Below, piece after piece: positions 1 through 13,946 of a stretch of 64,000 nt of DNA. Origin of the DNA: Reclinomonas americana ATCC 50394 (taxonomy: Eukaryota); assembly GCA_048213135.1 (NCBI GenBank), contig PS015299.1:91987-155986 (forward strand), given 5' to 3'. A program made the position numbers and the translations under genes. Numbering within the stretch: position 1 is the first letter of the stretch; every line of letters begins with the position of its first letter. Below the pieces are notes generated by a model. That model did not search any database and had not been told where the DNA came from. It saw only the letters and a list, made by a program, of their open reading frames with translations.

Positions 1-207
1 GTGGCGTAGTACGTGTACGTTACGCCGTAACGGACCGGGTAACGTAGGTACGGTTACTACGTACCGACGACGCCGTCCGTCCGTACTCGTAGTGTCGTCG
101 TCGTGTGTCGTCGTCGTCGTCTCTCTCTCTCTCTCTCCTCCTCTCTCTCCTCCCCCCCTCCCCCTCCTCTCTCTCTCTCTCTCTGTCTCCCTGTGTGTCA
201 ATCACAG

Positions 208-3021
208 GTGCTCTTCAGTGTCTGACGGCGCTGGTGGAGTCCGTCGAGCGTTCTGTGTTTCGTCCGCACATTCCCGTGGTGCTTCCCGCCGTTATGGAGC
301 GACTCGGGGACTCGAAGAGTGTGGTGCGCGAGCAGGCGGAGGAGTTGCTGTTGGCGTTGATGGCGATTCAGGGGGTGGAGGGTATTCTGGAGCGTATTCA
401 GGCGGGCTTCTCGCACAAGAATCACCATACGCGGGCGCAGGTGAGGGAGCGGGAAAGGGAGAGGGGAGAAGGGGGGGAAGGGGGAAGAGGGGAAGGGAGG
501 GAAAGGGGAGGAGAGGAGGGAGGAAGAGGGGAAAGGGAGATGAGAGACGCGCTCTGGTTCTCGCTCTGCTGCTCTCGCTCTGCTCGTCGCTCTGCTCGTC
601 GCTGTGCTCGTCGCTCTGCTGCTCGTCGCTGTGCTCGTCGCTCTGCTGCTCTCGCTGTGCTCGTCGCTGTGCTCGTCGCTCTGCTGCTCGTCGCTCTGTT
701 GCTCTCGCTCTGCTGCTTTCGCTCTGCTGCTCTCGCTGTGCTCGTCGCTCTGTTGCTCTCGCTGTGCTCGTCACTCTGCTTGTCGCTCTGCTGCTCTGCT
801 GCTCTCTTTCTTTCTCACCCTTCTCTCTCCCTCTTCTCCCTTCTATCTCTCTTCTCTCTCCCTTTCTCGCCTTTCTATCTCCCTTCTCTCTCTCACTCAC
901 GTTCTACTCCCCGTCACAGATCGTCCACCTGTGCAAATACTGCATGCAAATCTACCCCGACGACGTGCAAGCCGTCGAGAAGCGGTTACGCGACATTGTG
1001 ACGCTGCTCAACGATCCGAATGCGTCGGTCCGCGAGGGTGCCATTGCGTGCATCGAGGAGCTGTACACGTTGCGTTCACCCCTCTTCCCTTCATGCGCTC
1101 GTCGTTGGATCTCATCATGGTCGTCGCGCGACAGGCACGTGGGTGATCCGCTGAAGAACCAATTGACACGCTTCAACATTCGGCCGGCGCAGCTGCGCGA
1201 AATCATGGACCGCCTGTCGGATCTGCAGCCAATGGAGGAGGAGGCGCCGGCGGTCGCCGAGCCACTCTTCACTCGCCGCCCGCCTGATCTCAGTCCGTCG
1301 TCGGGATCGTCGGTCAAGTCGCACAAGGTTGGATTGCCGACGAGCACGTCTCTGTCTAAATCGCCTGCTCACATTTTGCCAACCCACGCGCGGCAGAGTG
1401 CCGATCGGCTGGCGATTGACACGTCGGAGGCCGCTCTGACAGTGCCGTCGTCGACGGGCAGCGGGAAGAGTGCGTCGACGACACCCAAGTCGGCGCAGAG
1501 CTTTGATTCGGCTGATAGTGGCGGTGTGCCGTCCATTGAGCCGTTGACGGTGAGCGGGTGGGAGGGGGAGGGAAGGAAGGGAGGGAGGGTGGAGAGGGGA
1601 AGAAAGAGTTGGAGAGAAGGAAGAGGATTACAAGGCAAGAAAACAAAGAGGACGAGAGAGTGTGCATTGGTAGAGAGAGATAGAGAAGGAGTGGAGAAGA
1701 GATTCAGAGTGAGTCGTGCGCAGCAAGGCGTTCGTGAATTACTTGATTGGTGCTTGTGTATGTGTTTTTGGTGCGCTGATATAGTGAGCAAGGCACACAC
1801 TTGCGGAGAAAGAGAGAGAAGAGAGAGCTGGGAGGCAATAGAGATTGTGGTGATGCCATGAGTGGATTTATGTATGGGTGACGTGATTGGTGCTTGGTGT
1901 GTTGGTGTGTGCGGATAGGTGTTCTTCTGTATGCTTGTGTCTGTAACAAGGAGCGAGAGAGCCGCCGATTGAGTGTGACGGAGTGGCGGGGTATCTGAAT
2001 GTCAGAGAACTGGCGAGAGAGAAAGAGAGAGAAAGAGAAAGAATGCCAGAGTGAACCTAGGTAAGGATTGGGAGACGCCAGAGATTGAGAGGATGCCGTG
2101 AGTGAATTTGTGTAGATGACTCCATTGGCCAGTGTGCTGTCGTAAGCCTGGGCGACACAGTGCGAAAGAGAGCACGCGTGTCTGTGATAATGAACGACAG
2201 TCCACTGTCTGAATGTGCAAACACTGTTGTGTGAGGGAGAGTGTGCACATCAGTGTCGTTGCATGAGTTGTCAGGGAGTGATTGTGGCTCCGTGTCAATG
2301 AGCTGGCTCGAGAGAGAGAGAGAGAGAGATGGATATAGTGTGCGTGTGTGTGCATGAATGCTCGCCTATCTGAAGTGGTCATGTTTTTCTCCTCACCTTC
2401 TGTCACTCTCTCCTTCTCAGGTGTACTCGGATCGTGAACTGTCGCGTGAACTCGACTCGGTCTTTGACGCGATCAGCAACACCAAGGGCGAGTGGAATGA
2501 TCGAGTCGAGGCGCTGCGCAAGTTCCAAGCACTGCTTCTGGGAGGTGCTCCCGAGTGGGATAGCTTTCTCGGTTCGTGCCGTCGCTTCGTGGAGCCGATG
2601 GCGAAGCAGGTGCGCTCTTCCCCTTCATTTCGTCTCGTGTATCTGCTGGCTGCTCACTCCTTCCTCGCGAAAACAGCTGGGAGACCTGCGATCGGCGGTT
2701 GTGCGCGAAGCTTGCAACGCAGTGGTGCGCATGTCGGAGACGCTGGGTGATGCGTTCGACCCCTACGCCGAGGCCTTTATTCCCGCACTGTACAAGTTGA
2801 CGTTTGTCACGATTCAAGTGATTGCCGACAGCGGCAATGCGTGCATGCGGGCCATTGTGCAGAACTCGAGATTATCGCGCGGCACGGTGCAGAAGCTGCT
2901 GGATGGGTTGAACATGCGGCAAGTGTGCGTGGGGTAACTGGGGAAGGGGAGGGGGAGAGGGAGGCGAAAGAGAGAGAGAGAGAGGAGGGAGGGAGAGAGA
3001 GAGACAGAGACACAGAGACAC

Positions 3022-3064
<43 letters not shown>

Positions 3065-3591
3065 NNNNNNNNNNNNNNNNNNNNNNNNNNNNNNNNNNNN
3101 NNNNNNNNNNNNNNNNNNNNNNNNNNNNNNNNNNNNNNNNNNNNNNNNNNNNNNNNNNNNNNNNNNNNNNNNNNNNNNNNNNNNNNNNNNNNNNNNNNNN
3201 NNNNNNNNNNNNNNNNNNNNNNNNNNNNNNNNNNNNNNNNNNNNNNNNNNNNNNNNNNNNNNNNNNNNNNNNNNNNNNNNNNNNNNNNNNNNNNNNNNNN
3301 NNNNNNNNNNNNNNNNNNNNNNNNNNNNNNNNNNNNNNNNNNNNNNNNNNNNNNNNNNNNNNNNNNNNNNNNNNNNNNNNNNNNNNNNNNNNNNNNNNNN
3401 NNNNNNNNNNNNNNNNNNNNNNNNNNNNNNNNNNNNNNNNNNNNNNNNNNNNNNNNNNNNNNNNNNNNNNNNNNNNNNNNNNNNNNNNNNNNNNNNNNNN
3501 NNNNNNNNNNNNNNNNNNNNNNNNNNNNNNNNNNNNNNNNNNNNNNNNNNNNNNNNNNNNNNNNNNNNNNNNNNNNNNNNNNNNNNNNNNN

Positions 3592-3626
<35 letters not shown>

Positions 3627-4502
3627 CTGTCGAGAGGATAACATGAGATGAACTCACTGCTTACTCACATTATCTTTGCCTTCACAGTGCCTGTCGTGTG
3701 CGTGCATGCGAGTTGCTGCTGCTGCTGGTGGAGCGCAATACAAAGGCTTTTGTCGAGCGCAATGCGGAGGTGTTGACAGATGCCTTGCGCAAGGGCATTC
3801 AGGACTCGCAGGCGGAGGCCAGGCGTGCGGCGCGCTTCGCGTTCTGGGCGTTCCACAATCACTGTCCGTCACAGGCGCAAAAGTTACGTGTTCCGCTCCT
3901 CAATCCACCGTCGATGTGCACTGATCTCTCTTTTGTCGTCGACAGGCTGATGTCGACGTTTGACAGCAGCACTCAACGCGTGCTGATGGAGGACAAGGAG
4001 GCGTACGCAGAGTCGGCGGCTGTTTCCGCCGCTGGGCACGACTCATCGGTGTCACCGGCTGGGAAGCAGACGAGTGCGCGGAAACCAGCAGGTTGGTGGA
4101 TTGGGGAGAGAGGCGAAGGGGAGAAGGGAAAAGGGAAGAGGGAAGGGAAAAGGGAACAGGGAAGAGGGAAGGGAGGGAGAGAAAAAGAGGGATGAGAGAG
4201 ATAAGGTAAGAAGAGAAAGGTAAGGGAATGGAAGGGAAGGGAAGAGGAAGACAAGTGAGAAGAATGAAAGGGGAAGGGACAGAGGAGAGGGATTGGGAGA
4301 GAGAGAGAGGGAATGGAAAAGAATAGAGTATGGAGAAGAATAGAGAGGGAGAGAGAAAGAGAGAAAGAAGGAAATTAAGAAAGAGATAGAAAAGGAAACA
4401 CAGATGAGAGGGATAGGGAGAGAGAGGGAATGGAGATGAATAGAGGAACAGAGATAGAGAAAGAGAGATGAAAGAAGGAAGGTAGAAAGAACGAATGAAT
4501 GA

Positions 4503-4546
<44 letters not shown>

Positions 4547-7500
4547 GAGAATTGATGTTGATCAGAATCCTCTCTTCTCATGCTTCTCTCCTTTGCAGCC
4601 ATTGCTCAACCGCCGAGAAGAAAACCGGCGACACCCAACAGCGCGGAGGGTTCTGTGACTGTGCCTGTGCCAGATGTGGGACCGAGCGGCTCACGCTCGT
4701 CCACCACGCGCACGCGTCCGAATGAGGAAGCCGGTGAATTCCGTGCGCCTCTTGCTGAAGGTCAGTCGTTTTTGTGTGCCATTCGGTGAGAGCAGTTCGT
4801 CGTCGCTCATGCCGTGGGTGGAACTTGTGCAGGTGCGCGTCATCGTTCGTCGAGCGCCTTTATCACGCCGAAGCAAGAGCGCTCTGGCATGTCTTCGGCG
4901 GCAGCACCCGCTGCTGCTGCAGCTGCGGGTCCAGCAGGTGCGCCGGCGAACAAGCCTGAACGTTGCGTTTGAAAGGGAAGGGAAAGCGAGGGGAGGGAGG
5001 GGAGAGTGACGGGAAGGAGAGGGGAAGGGATAGGAGGGGGGAGAAGAGAGAGGGAAGGGTGGACAAAGATAGTGGAATGCAGACGAATGACGGAGAGAGA
5101 GGACGGGTGGCGAAGGAAAGGGAAGGGAGGGAAGGATGACATGTGCCAGATTGAGAGAGGAATTGAGAAGAAGTGAGACTCAGTGACACGGTGAGCGAAA
5201 TTGGAGCTGACAGGGAGGAGGAGAGCAGATTTATTCTCTTCCCGCTGCGTTTCTCTCTGCCGGTACATGCCTCTCACTTCTTCTTCCTTGCTTGTCTTCT
5301 TCTTTCTTTCCTCCTTCTCCTCTCTTCTCCTCTCGTTTCCACCCGTTTCCTCTCTTCTCCTCTCTTCTCCTCTCTTCTCCTCTCTTCTCCTCTCGTCTCT
5401 TCTCTCCTCCTCTCTTCTCCTCTCTTCTCCTCTCCATTTAAGCCCTTCCTCTTTGTCTGCTCCTCCTTTCTTGCGCTCTCCTCTGTCTCCAATGTTTCCT
5501 CTCTTGTCCTTGCCTCTCTTTTGATTACTCATTTTCCATTCATTTTTCTTCGTCTCCCTTCCACTCTCTCCGTACCCGTCTGTTTTCCGCTCCCTGTCTG
5601 TCCCCACTATTGTGTTGCCTCTCTCTCCGTTCACCCCTCCCCCTCCCCCTCTCCCTCTCCCTCTCCCTCTCCTCTCCCTTTCCCATTCTCCCCCTCCCTT
5701 CCTTCTTCCCCTCTCCTTCTCACCCTTCCTCCTTCTCTTTCTCCCTCTCCCTCTCCCTCACCCTCTCCCTCACCCTCTCCCTCACCCTCTCCCTCGCCCT
5801 CTCCCTCTCCCTCTCCTTCTCACCCTTCCTTCTTCTCCTTCTCCCCCCTTCAGTCGACCGAGTCATGTCACCCACTCGACCGCGCGGCAACTCCGCCATG
5901 GCCGCCCTGGGCCAGTCGCAGTCCTCGACGCCGACCTCGCGTCGCAGTGATTCCATCGCCTCCTCTTCGTCGGCCCTCTCCACGCCGTCCTCTACGGGAC
6001 GATATGAGGAGTTGTCGGCCGAGCTGCAAAATGTGTTGAATCAGTTGCGCGCCCCGCACATGGTTTCGTTTTCATTCACCACCTCCTCCCTTACACACTG
6101 TCACGCACGGCAGTCGCAACGGACGCAAGCAACCGAATCGCAGATCGATGGGATTCGGCGCACGACGAGTGGAGGTGGAGAATGGTGGTACTGGTGGTGG
6201 TGCTGCCGCTGCTGCGAATGGCGACAGCGATGCTGCTGGCGCCGACGTGACTGCGCCCTCCCTCATGCACCGTCAAGCGATGAGCTCACCGGCAGCCGGT
6301 AGTGGCAGCAGCAGCAGTGGTGTGCCACCGCGTTCGTCCAGCAGCACTCGGCCGTCGCTGGGCGGCGCACCGTCGCGAACCATGGCCTCGTCGGGCGTGG
6401 CTGCGTCGGCTGCAGTGGGCGCGGTGGACGACTACGAAGACGACGCGGAAGCCGGACGCTTCCCGTACGACTCGGTGGATCGCGAGAGCGACAGCGGAGC
6501 GGGTGACGACGGTGACGACGATGGGTTTGCCGACGAGAGTCCGCGTGCCATCTCCACGCAGTACGGCGCCAAGCGCATTCCGCAGCGACCGAGAGCCGGT
6601 GAGTGGAAGGGGTGGCAGTGGTGGAGATGAAATGACGACTCACGACAGAGAGATTGTTGCTGTTGTCGGCAGACCCGACCACAGCGCTGCAGAATGTCAC
6701 GAACTTGCCGTCGCACGTGGTACCGACTGGTGCTCGCCGCATTCGCGTGTCGGACGCCGCCAGTGGACCACCACCTGCGTCGCAGCCGCCATTGATCCCC
6801 GCGTTCCAGCGTCCGATTGTGGACGACGACGTGTCGTCTGATTCGCGGTTGTCGGCCGTGTCGCCGACGAGGTCGCGCAAGTCGTCAGTGGCGGTGCGTG
6901 ATGGATGTGGAAGGAGACTTTTCTCGCTTGATTATCTCTTGTCCTCATCGCCGTCACTCGCAGTCGCAGGAACCACCGTCGGCCAAGAGCGGCATGTCGC
7001 CAACAAGTCCTCGACCGCGCGCCGATTCGCATTCGTCGTCGGGATCGCCCAAGACACCCGACATTCTCGGCGACCTCAGCTCCATTCTCGCCAGTGGCTC
7101 CGACAATGACTGGCAGATTCGCATTCAGTCGTTCCGTGATATTCAGAGGTGCGGGGTTTGGGGGTGAAGGGGGGTGCTTGCTCGCTGTGGTTGTGTCCAG
7201 CTTCATGTCTTGTTGATGGTGTTAGGTGTGTGCTTTTCCTCTTGCTCCTTGTTGGATTGCTTTTCTTTCCTCATTTCATTGTTGTTTGTTGTCGATTCCA
7301 TCCTGTGATGGTATTGTGAGGTGCTTCCTCTGCTTCTTGTTGTGTTGCTTGTCTTGTTCCTCGTCACTTTGTTATTGTTTCTGCTGTGCTGTCGATTCCT
7401 CTCTGTTGATGCTTTGTGATTGTGCTTCCTCTTCAGTTTTTGTAATGTTGCTGCCTGCTGCTTTGTTGCCCATTCCATGCTGCTGATGCTATCGAATGTG

Positions 7501-10500
7501 CTTTTCCTTCTGCCTCTTATTGTGTTGCTGTTCTTTCCCCCTTTCACGCTGTTGCTAATCTTCTCCCTATATTGCGCGTTCGCAGAGTGTCAAAGTCAGG
7601 TCGCTCGGGCGAAATCGCCAAGCACTTTGACAGCGTGCTGCACCTGCTGATGGAGAGATTGTCGGATCCGCATTTCAAGGTACTTATCGAGTCCCCACTG
7701 TCATATGAATGCTGTGCAACTCATTCCACGCATGACACGCAGGTGGTCATTGCGGCACTCGAGGCACTGATTGATTTGGTGCCGGCGTATCGCACCAATA
7801 TGGAGAATTTGTTGGAGAGATTGTTGCCGCGCGGTTCGTTGTTGTGGTGCATCCCCTGCGATGAAGATGGTGGCTGACTGGAATCTGTGTGTGTGATCGT
7901 GCAGTGATTCTTAATCTGTCGCACGCCAAGCAACAGGTCAAGGAGTTGTCGTCGCAGGTGTTGGAAGTGATTGTGGCGAATTTTGCCAGTGAGGCGTTGC
8001 TTCCTGTGCTGTCCAAGGTGGGGAAAAGGGGAAGGGTGGATGAAGGGGAAAGCTAAAGGGAAAGGGTGAAGGGTAAGAGGGGAAGAGGGGAAGAGAAGAA
8101 GGAAAGAGGGGAGGGTGAGAAGGGAAATTGAAGGAGAATAGAGGACCGGTGAATTTGGAATGGTGACAAGGGCATTGAGAATGGCGTTGAACAGAAAAGA
8201 GCTTTACAAGGAGAGGTGCACGAGAAGAAGTGTTGGAGTTAGGAACTCGATATGGGATGGTGAGTCGGCAATAGTGAACTGTGCTTGGGATTGGATGTGC
8301 AGAGGGGAGTAATAGATGGAGAGAGCGTGGGATCAGATGAAGAAGTGACACTGGGAGCGTTTGATGCGTGTGATTTGATAGGAACACGCTCTTGGTGCTC
8401 ATACCCTGATCCCAGGTCCTTGACAACCGCAATCCCAAGATCCGACTCGGCGCAATGGAATACTTGATGCACATCATCGGCCAGTCGCACGCGTACTTTT
8501 CGGCGGCATCACGTTTCGTGTCTTGCGCAGTTTCAACTCCCTTCTCTCTGATCCCGTCATCTTACTCTCCTTCGTTGCGCAGAAATGCGATTGTTCCTCA
8601 ACCGATTGGTTGGGTTCACCGCCAACAAGAATGCCGATTTGCGCAAGGCCGCTGTGGCCACCACTGTTACTCTGTACAATGTTAACAAGGACGTGTTCTT
8701 GTCGCAACTGGCGGTGCGTCGTGGTCGTCGTGCTTTTCGCTGCTCTCTATTTGGTGATCCTCATCGCCGCGCGCAGTGTCTGCCCGCTGCCGAGCAAGCG
8801 AGTCTGCGCAAGCTGATGCAACCGTATCTGGGAACGGATCTGGAGCTGGAGGTTCGCGCACACTCTCGTCAGAAGCCGCCATCGGCGGCATCAAATCACT
8901 CCGCCTCTGGCTCCTCGGTGTCGAGTTCGTCGGCTGGCTCTGTACACGATGTTATTGTGCATCCGTATGGGGATCAAGACATGCCGCTGTCGTATCACGG
9001 CAGTGGGGTGTCATCGGGCATGCCGAGGTACGCCGAGTTATTTATGCAGCTTCTTTATCTACCAGTTCCTCACTCTTGTGCGCTGCGCAGATCGTTGTCG
9101 CAGTCGCGACCAACTGCACCGTCGTCCGCGGCCGCAGCATCAGCGGCTCCGACGATTCCCATGACTGCGTCATCACCGGTGGTGCCGTCCTCGCGGGCGC
9201 TTCCGCTCTCGTCGAGGAGTGCGGGGTCGTCGGCGTCGGAGAGCAGTGTGATTCCGGATCCTGTGTTGTATCAACAGAGGCAGGGAGGTGTGTGAAGGGG
9301 CAAAGAGGGAAAGGGGGCTACGAGGGAAAGGGGGCTACGAGGAAAAAGGGGCTAGGAGCGAAAGGGGGCTAGGAGCGAAAGGGGGCTACGAGGAAAAGGG
9401 GGCTAGGAGCGAAAGAGGGCTAGGAGCGAAAGGGGGCTAGGAGAGAAAGGGGGCTAGGAGGGACAGGGGGCTAAGAGGGTGTTCGATTGCTGACTTTTCT
9501 GTGCCCTGCAGGACAAGCACCGCTGGCGACCAACTAGTTGCGTCTGATGTCTTCTTTTCCATCACAGAAGCAATCCCCCCTCATAATGTGTGCGTCCAGC
9601 GAACCTAGTCGACATGCCAATGGCGCGTCGTCATATTCGTCGTCGTCGTCGTCGTACGGGATTCCCGGCACTCCGGGTGTCAGCCACCCTGTGTCGGCAG
9701 GAACGCCGATGCAACCGGCTGCAAGACCGATTCGGTCGAGCAGGTTTGTGTGCCTAGAGCGACTGCCAATTGTGTGAAAAGTGCTGACTTTGTGTTGCGT
9801 CACAGTCCTGCTCGAGCGAATATCGAGAGTCTGCTGGCGGGAAGTCCAAGCACGGCTGCTCGTACTGTGCGTTCTGCTGGGGGTGCGCCGATTTCCCGTG
9901 TCGCTGATGTTGACCATTTTTTCCTTCCTGCAATGCAGCAATCAAGTACCGCAACTGCCCCTGCCCCGGCTGCGTCTGCACCGCGCTCGTCGACTGCCAC
10001 GTCGTTGGCAACCAAGTTTGCGTCACCAATGCGAGCAGGTGTGTGGGGATGGGAAAGGGAAAGGGAGGAGCGAGGGAGAGGGAGGGAGGGAAAGAAGGAG
10101 GCTGTTCTGTGCAACGTCGACAGAGAAGTGTTGGTGAATGTAGATGCGAAGGGTTGGTGAGAAAAGTAAGAGCAGCAGGGAGAGTAAGACTGCGAAGGAG
10201 AGTGAGAACAACATCAAGAGTTGAGAGTGCGGATGTGAGGTCGGAAAGGAGAGTAGAAGGCAGAGTGAGAGTAAGATTGAAATAGCGAGTGCGACTGAGA
10301 GAATGAATTTTAGAGAGGCGGAATGGAGGGTGTTGACTAAGAGCGGAGAATGTTGAGGGTGTTAGTATTGCGGGTTGGGGATGGAGTGTGAGAGCGATAG
10401 TGAGAGAGAAAGGAAAGAGATAGAGATAGAGAGAGAGAGAGAGAGAGAGAAAGGAAAGAGAAAGAGAAAGGAAGAGAAGAGAAAGTGAGGGAGATCACAT

Positions 10501-12236
10501 GCAGAGGGAGCGGAGAATATTGCGGGTTGGGGATCGAGTGTGATAGCGACAGCGAGAATGAGTATTTGAGAATTGCGGCGCAGAAAGTGCAGCCTGAGCC
10601 GGAGAGTTGAATGCAGAGCAAGAGTGAGAGAGCTATAATGTGCGCATGAGAGTGTTAGAATTGAAAGGGGGAGTGAGCTCGGAGTTTAAAAGTGCAGAGA
10701 AGTGTGTGTGTGCGAGCGGGCAGTGAGGAAAAGCATGTCTTTTTTTGAGTGTGGGCCTCTTATGTGCATATGACATCTTGTTGTTGATGTGGCTTCTTAC
10801 ATGGTTGCGATGCAGGTCCGCCCCGTCACACAACAGAAGAAGGCAGCGATCCGCACGAGGAGGAGACGGAGGTGTCGTGGGAGATTGAGTTCCCCACTCT
10901 CATCTCGGACGCGCACTCTACCGGTGAGTTGATGTGGTGATTTCTGCGGATATTCGCTGTCGTCGACACGATCCGTTGTTGTGTGCACTTGAATCTTTTC
11001 TCGGTCTCCAGTGTGAGACTTGCGTGTGACCGCTATGCATTGCCTCTCTTTTCCACAGCAGCGAGACTTGTCGTCTTATTGAGGTCACTGTTTCCCATCT
11101 CATCTCGTCTTGAGAAATCATCACATAGGCTTCTTCTCATGGTTTTCTGCGTGAGACTCGCGTGTGTTTCCTCGATGTGTAGCGTCTCTTTTTTAAGAGT
11201 GAGAGTTGTCCTGCTGATTGTGTGGGAGTATCTTGTTGAGGTCAGTGTACTTCCATCCTATCTCTTTTGGGTTTCGTCGCACGGGGTTTCTTCTCACGGT
11301 CTTCTGAGTGAGACTACGCGTGTGGTGCATTGCCTCTATTTCACAAGAGCAAGACTTGTCGTTCTGTCTGCACTTCATCATGGTGCGTGTCCTTCTGCAT
11401 GTGCTCAGCAAATTTCGTACCACAGGCGCACGACGAACGACGGCGCTGCGCGGTCTCGTCCGCACGTGCTCCGAGGTGCACGCGAGCAGTGTGTGGAGCA
11501 CGTACTTTTCGCAAGTACTGCTTGTGCTGCTGGAGTGCCTGGAGGATGCGGATGTTGCGTTGAGAGCTGTCCAGCCTCCCCCTTCCTGCGACTGACGCAT
11601 TGTGTGTCTGCAGGAGACCAATCGCGAATTGAGCTTGGTGGCCGTCAATCACTTGGTGCAGAATCAGGGGTCATTCTTCCGTGAGTACATTAGCGTGGTG
11701 CTCACGCGCCTGCTGAAGAAGTTCCGCGACCCTTCGCGAGCGGTGAGTGCGGGACGGCGGTGACGACTTTCGCCTCAATGCATCCTGAGCCACTTTCGCT
11801 TTTGTAGGTTGTGCGTGCCGCGGAGGTGTGCGTGAATCAATTCGTGTCGGTGATTGATCCGCGGTGGTCGCTGGAGGTGCTGGCGTCGTCGGTCATGTCG
11901 GAGGATGGACCCGTGTTGCATGGTTCCATTTTGATGATTCACAAGTTGATCAAGGGGATGACCAGTGATCAGTTGATGAATGTGCTGCCGACGGTGTTGC
12001 CCGGGTTGTTTGAGGTGGGTGGGGTGAGGAGGGAAGGGGGTGAGAGGGAAAAGGGAGATAAGAGGGGAGAGCGAAGGAAGAGGGAGAGGAATGGGGGTGT
12101 TCGCGAGAAACGATGGTATTCATGAAATTTTGCACTTGACGTGATCGCTGAGGTCTCTCTCTCTCTCTCTCTGTGTGTGTTGTTGTGTTTGTAAGTCTTT
12201 TGTTCAGTTAATACTGAGATTGAGGTTGTGTGTGTG

Positions 12237-12300
<64 letters not shown>

Positions 12301-13096
12301 TGTAATCGTGTCTGAATGAGAGCCCGTCTGCAAGCGAAAGGTTTAGAGTTTACACTGCAAGTTGTGTCCAAGATTCATCGCTTTCTTTCAAATGTGTACG
12401 TGTTTGTGAAACTGGGAGAGAGAGACTGAGCCAGAGAAACAGAGAGAGGGAGATAGAGTGAGTGTGGATTTCGGAAGAAAGGCAAGGTTAGTCAAGCATC
12501 GCTTGCGCTATGCATGAACGCTATGTTTTGTGTCACTCTCTCTTTCTCTTTGATTTTACGTGTGTGTATGAGTGTGTGTGCGTGCGTGATCGGATTGATA
12601 CGTGAGCAAGGTCGAGAATGGGTGCATGAGAGAGCGAGATTATTACTTGAGTGCGAGAGAGAGAGAGAGACGTGAGACGATGAGAGGGAGGGAGGGAGGG
12701 AGGGAGGGAGAGAGAAAGAAGTGAGACAATGAGAGAGAGAGAGAGAAGCTGAAGAAAAAGAAATGCACCCTTCGACTCCAACGTGCATTGTGTTTTCTCT
12801 GTTTGCATCGTGCACTTGAAAGCATGCGTGAACTTGTCTCCTATCCTGGCTCCATATCTCACACCCTCTTCCGCCAGGGCTTCCGCAACACCAACCCCGA
12901 CATTCGCAAGGCGGTGGTCTTCTGCCTGGTGGACATGTACCTGACGATCGGCGAACCGCTGATGCCGTATCTGGGCGAACTGAACTCGAGCCAGCTGAAA
13001 CTTGTGCAGATTTACATCAGCCGGCACGTCAACCCGCGTGCGTCCGTCGGCAATGCGGCCGCCGCAACAGCTGTCGAATCGGGTCAGCCTTTGTGA
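208..13096 (+). CDS. CLASP: CLIP-associating protein (CLASP; TOG/HEAT microtubule regulator), multi-exon, 5' end upstream of window
   Basis: GT-AG spliced exons give HEAT/TOG segments (VLPAVMERLGDSKSVVREQA; EWNDRVEALRKFQALLLGG; QLGDLRSAVVREAC; RKGIQDSQAEARRAARFAFWAF; LMERLSDPHFKV) and Ser/Pro-rich linkers. The last exon 12878-13096 encodes the CLASP C-terminal signature GFRNTNPDIRKAVVFCLVDMY...LNSSQLKLVQIYISR. Confidence 0.93.
9305..9478. repeat. ~18-19-bp purine-rich intronic tandem repeat (AAAGGGGGCTAGGAGCG-like)
   Basis: About 9 degenerate copies directly after a CLASP splice donor. Confidence 0.8.
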
Positions 13097-13273
13097 GAGC
13101 GTGAAAAGAAAAGAAAAAAAGGAGGGAGGGAGATAGGGAAAAGGAAGAGTTGAGCGTATGTTTGTGTGGAAAAAGACAAAAAGAAGAAAGAAGCAGTAGC
13201 AAGAAAAAGAAAATGAATCGCCAAAGTCAGCAGCTTGCAGCGGACAACGAAGTTCCATTTTTATCATTGAGAC

Positions 13274-13877
13274 ATGAGCGAAGGAAGTGGCTCTGCGCCA
13301 CCGCCACCACCGCCACCGCCACCGCCTCCTCCTCCACCAGCACCGACAGCAGCAGCAGCAGCAGCATCGTCGCAGGAGTCGACTGCTGGACGACTGGTCA
13401 TTCAGGTGACCATGTTGGAGGAGCAGCGGAAGAGGTGAGGGATATTGAAGAGGTTGGGAGGGAGGGAAAGAGAGAAGGGGGGGGGGGCGAGAGAGTGCGT
13501 GAGAGAGCACACTTCCGAGAGGACTTTCAGTACGCATGTGTGTTTGCGTGATTGTGTGTGTGTGTGAGCGTGCATGCATGCGGGTGTGTGTGCATTTCCG
13601 AAAATGCATGCAGGTTTCGTGGTTTGCATTGTGAGCGAGATGAGTGAAGCACGAGAATTGTGATGGTGTAGGAGGACTGTGTGCATTTGTGAATGGACAG
13701 CGGAGCAGGAATGAACAGAGAGATGAGGAGAATAAGAAAGGAATTCCCTTTGTGCGCGCAAGTTTGCACGTTGTGCACGTGGAGTGCTGCATGTGAGATG
13801 GCACTGCAGCGGAGCATACGCCACGCACGGCCGACATACAGAGGACAAGAGCGACGAGAAAGAGAAGTCTCGATCTG

Positions 13878-13946
<69 letters not shown>

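Noticed and set aside
1-120. TACG/GTCG-rich quasi-repeats (also 53675-53840)
   Set aside because: They follow the T-A-C-G flow order next to microsatellites or gaps and are absent from the paralogous spacer at ~45.65 kb. They are most likely pyrosequencing read-tail artefacts, which also means single-base frameshifts in this window need resequencing.
92-1861. 589-aa ORF and other Leu/Ser or Arg/Glu-rich ORFs, including those spanning N-runs
   Set aside because: They are read-through of introns, microsatellites or gaps (3065-3591, 17958-18415, 24471-24943, 26732-27644, 38093-38607); the true coding parts belong to spliced genes.
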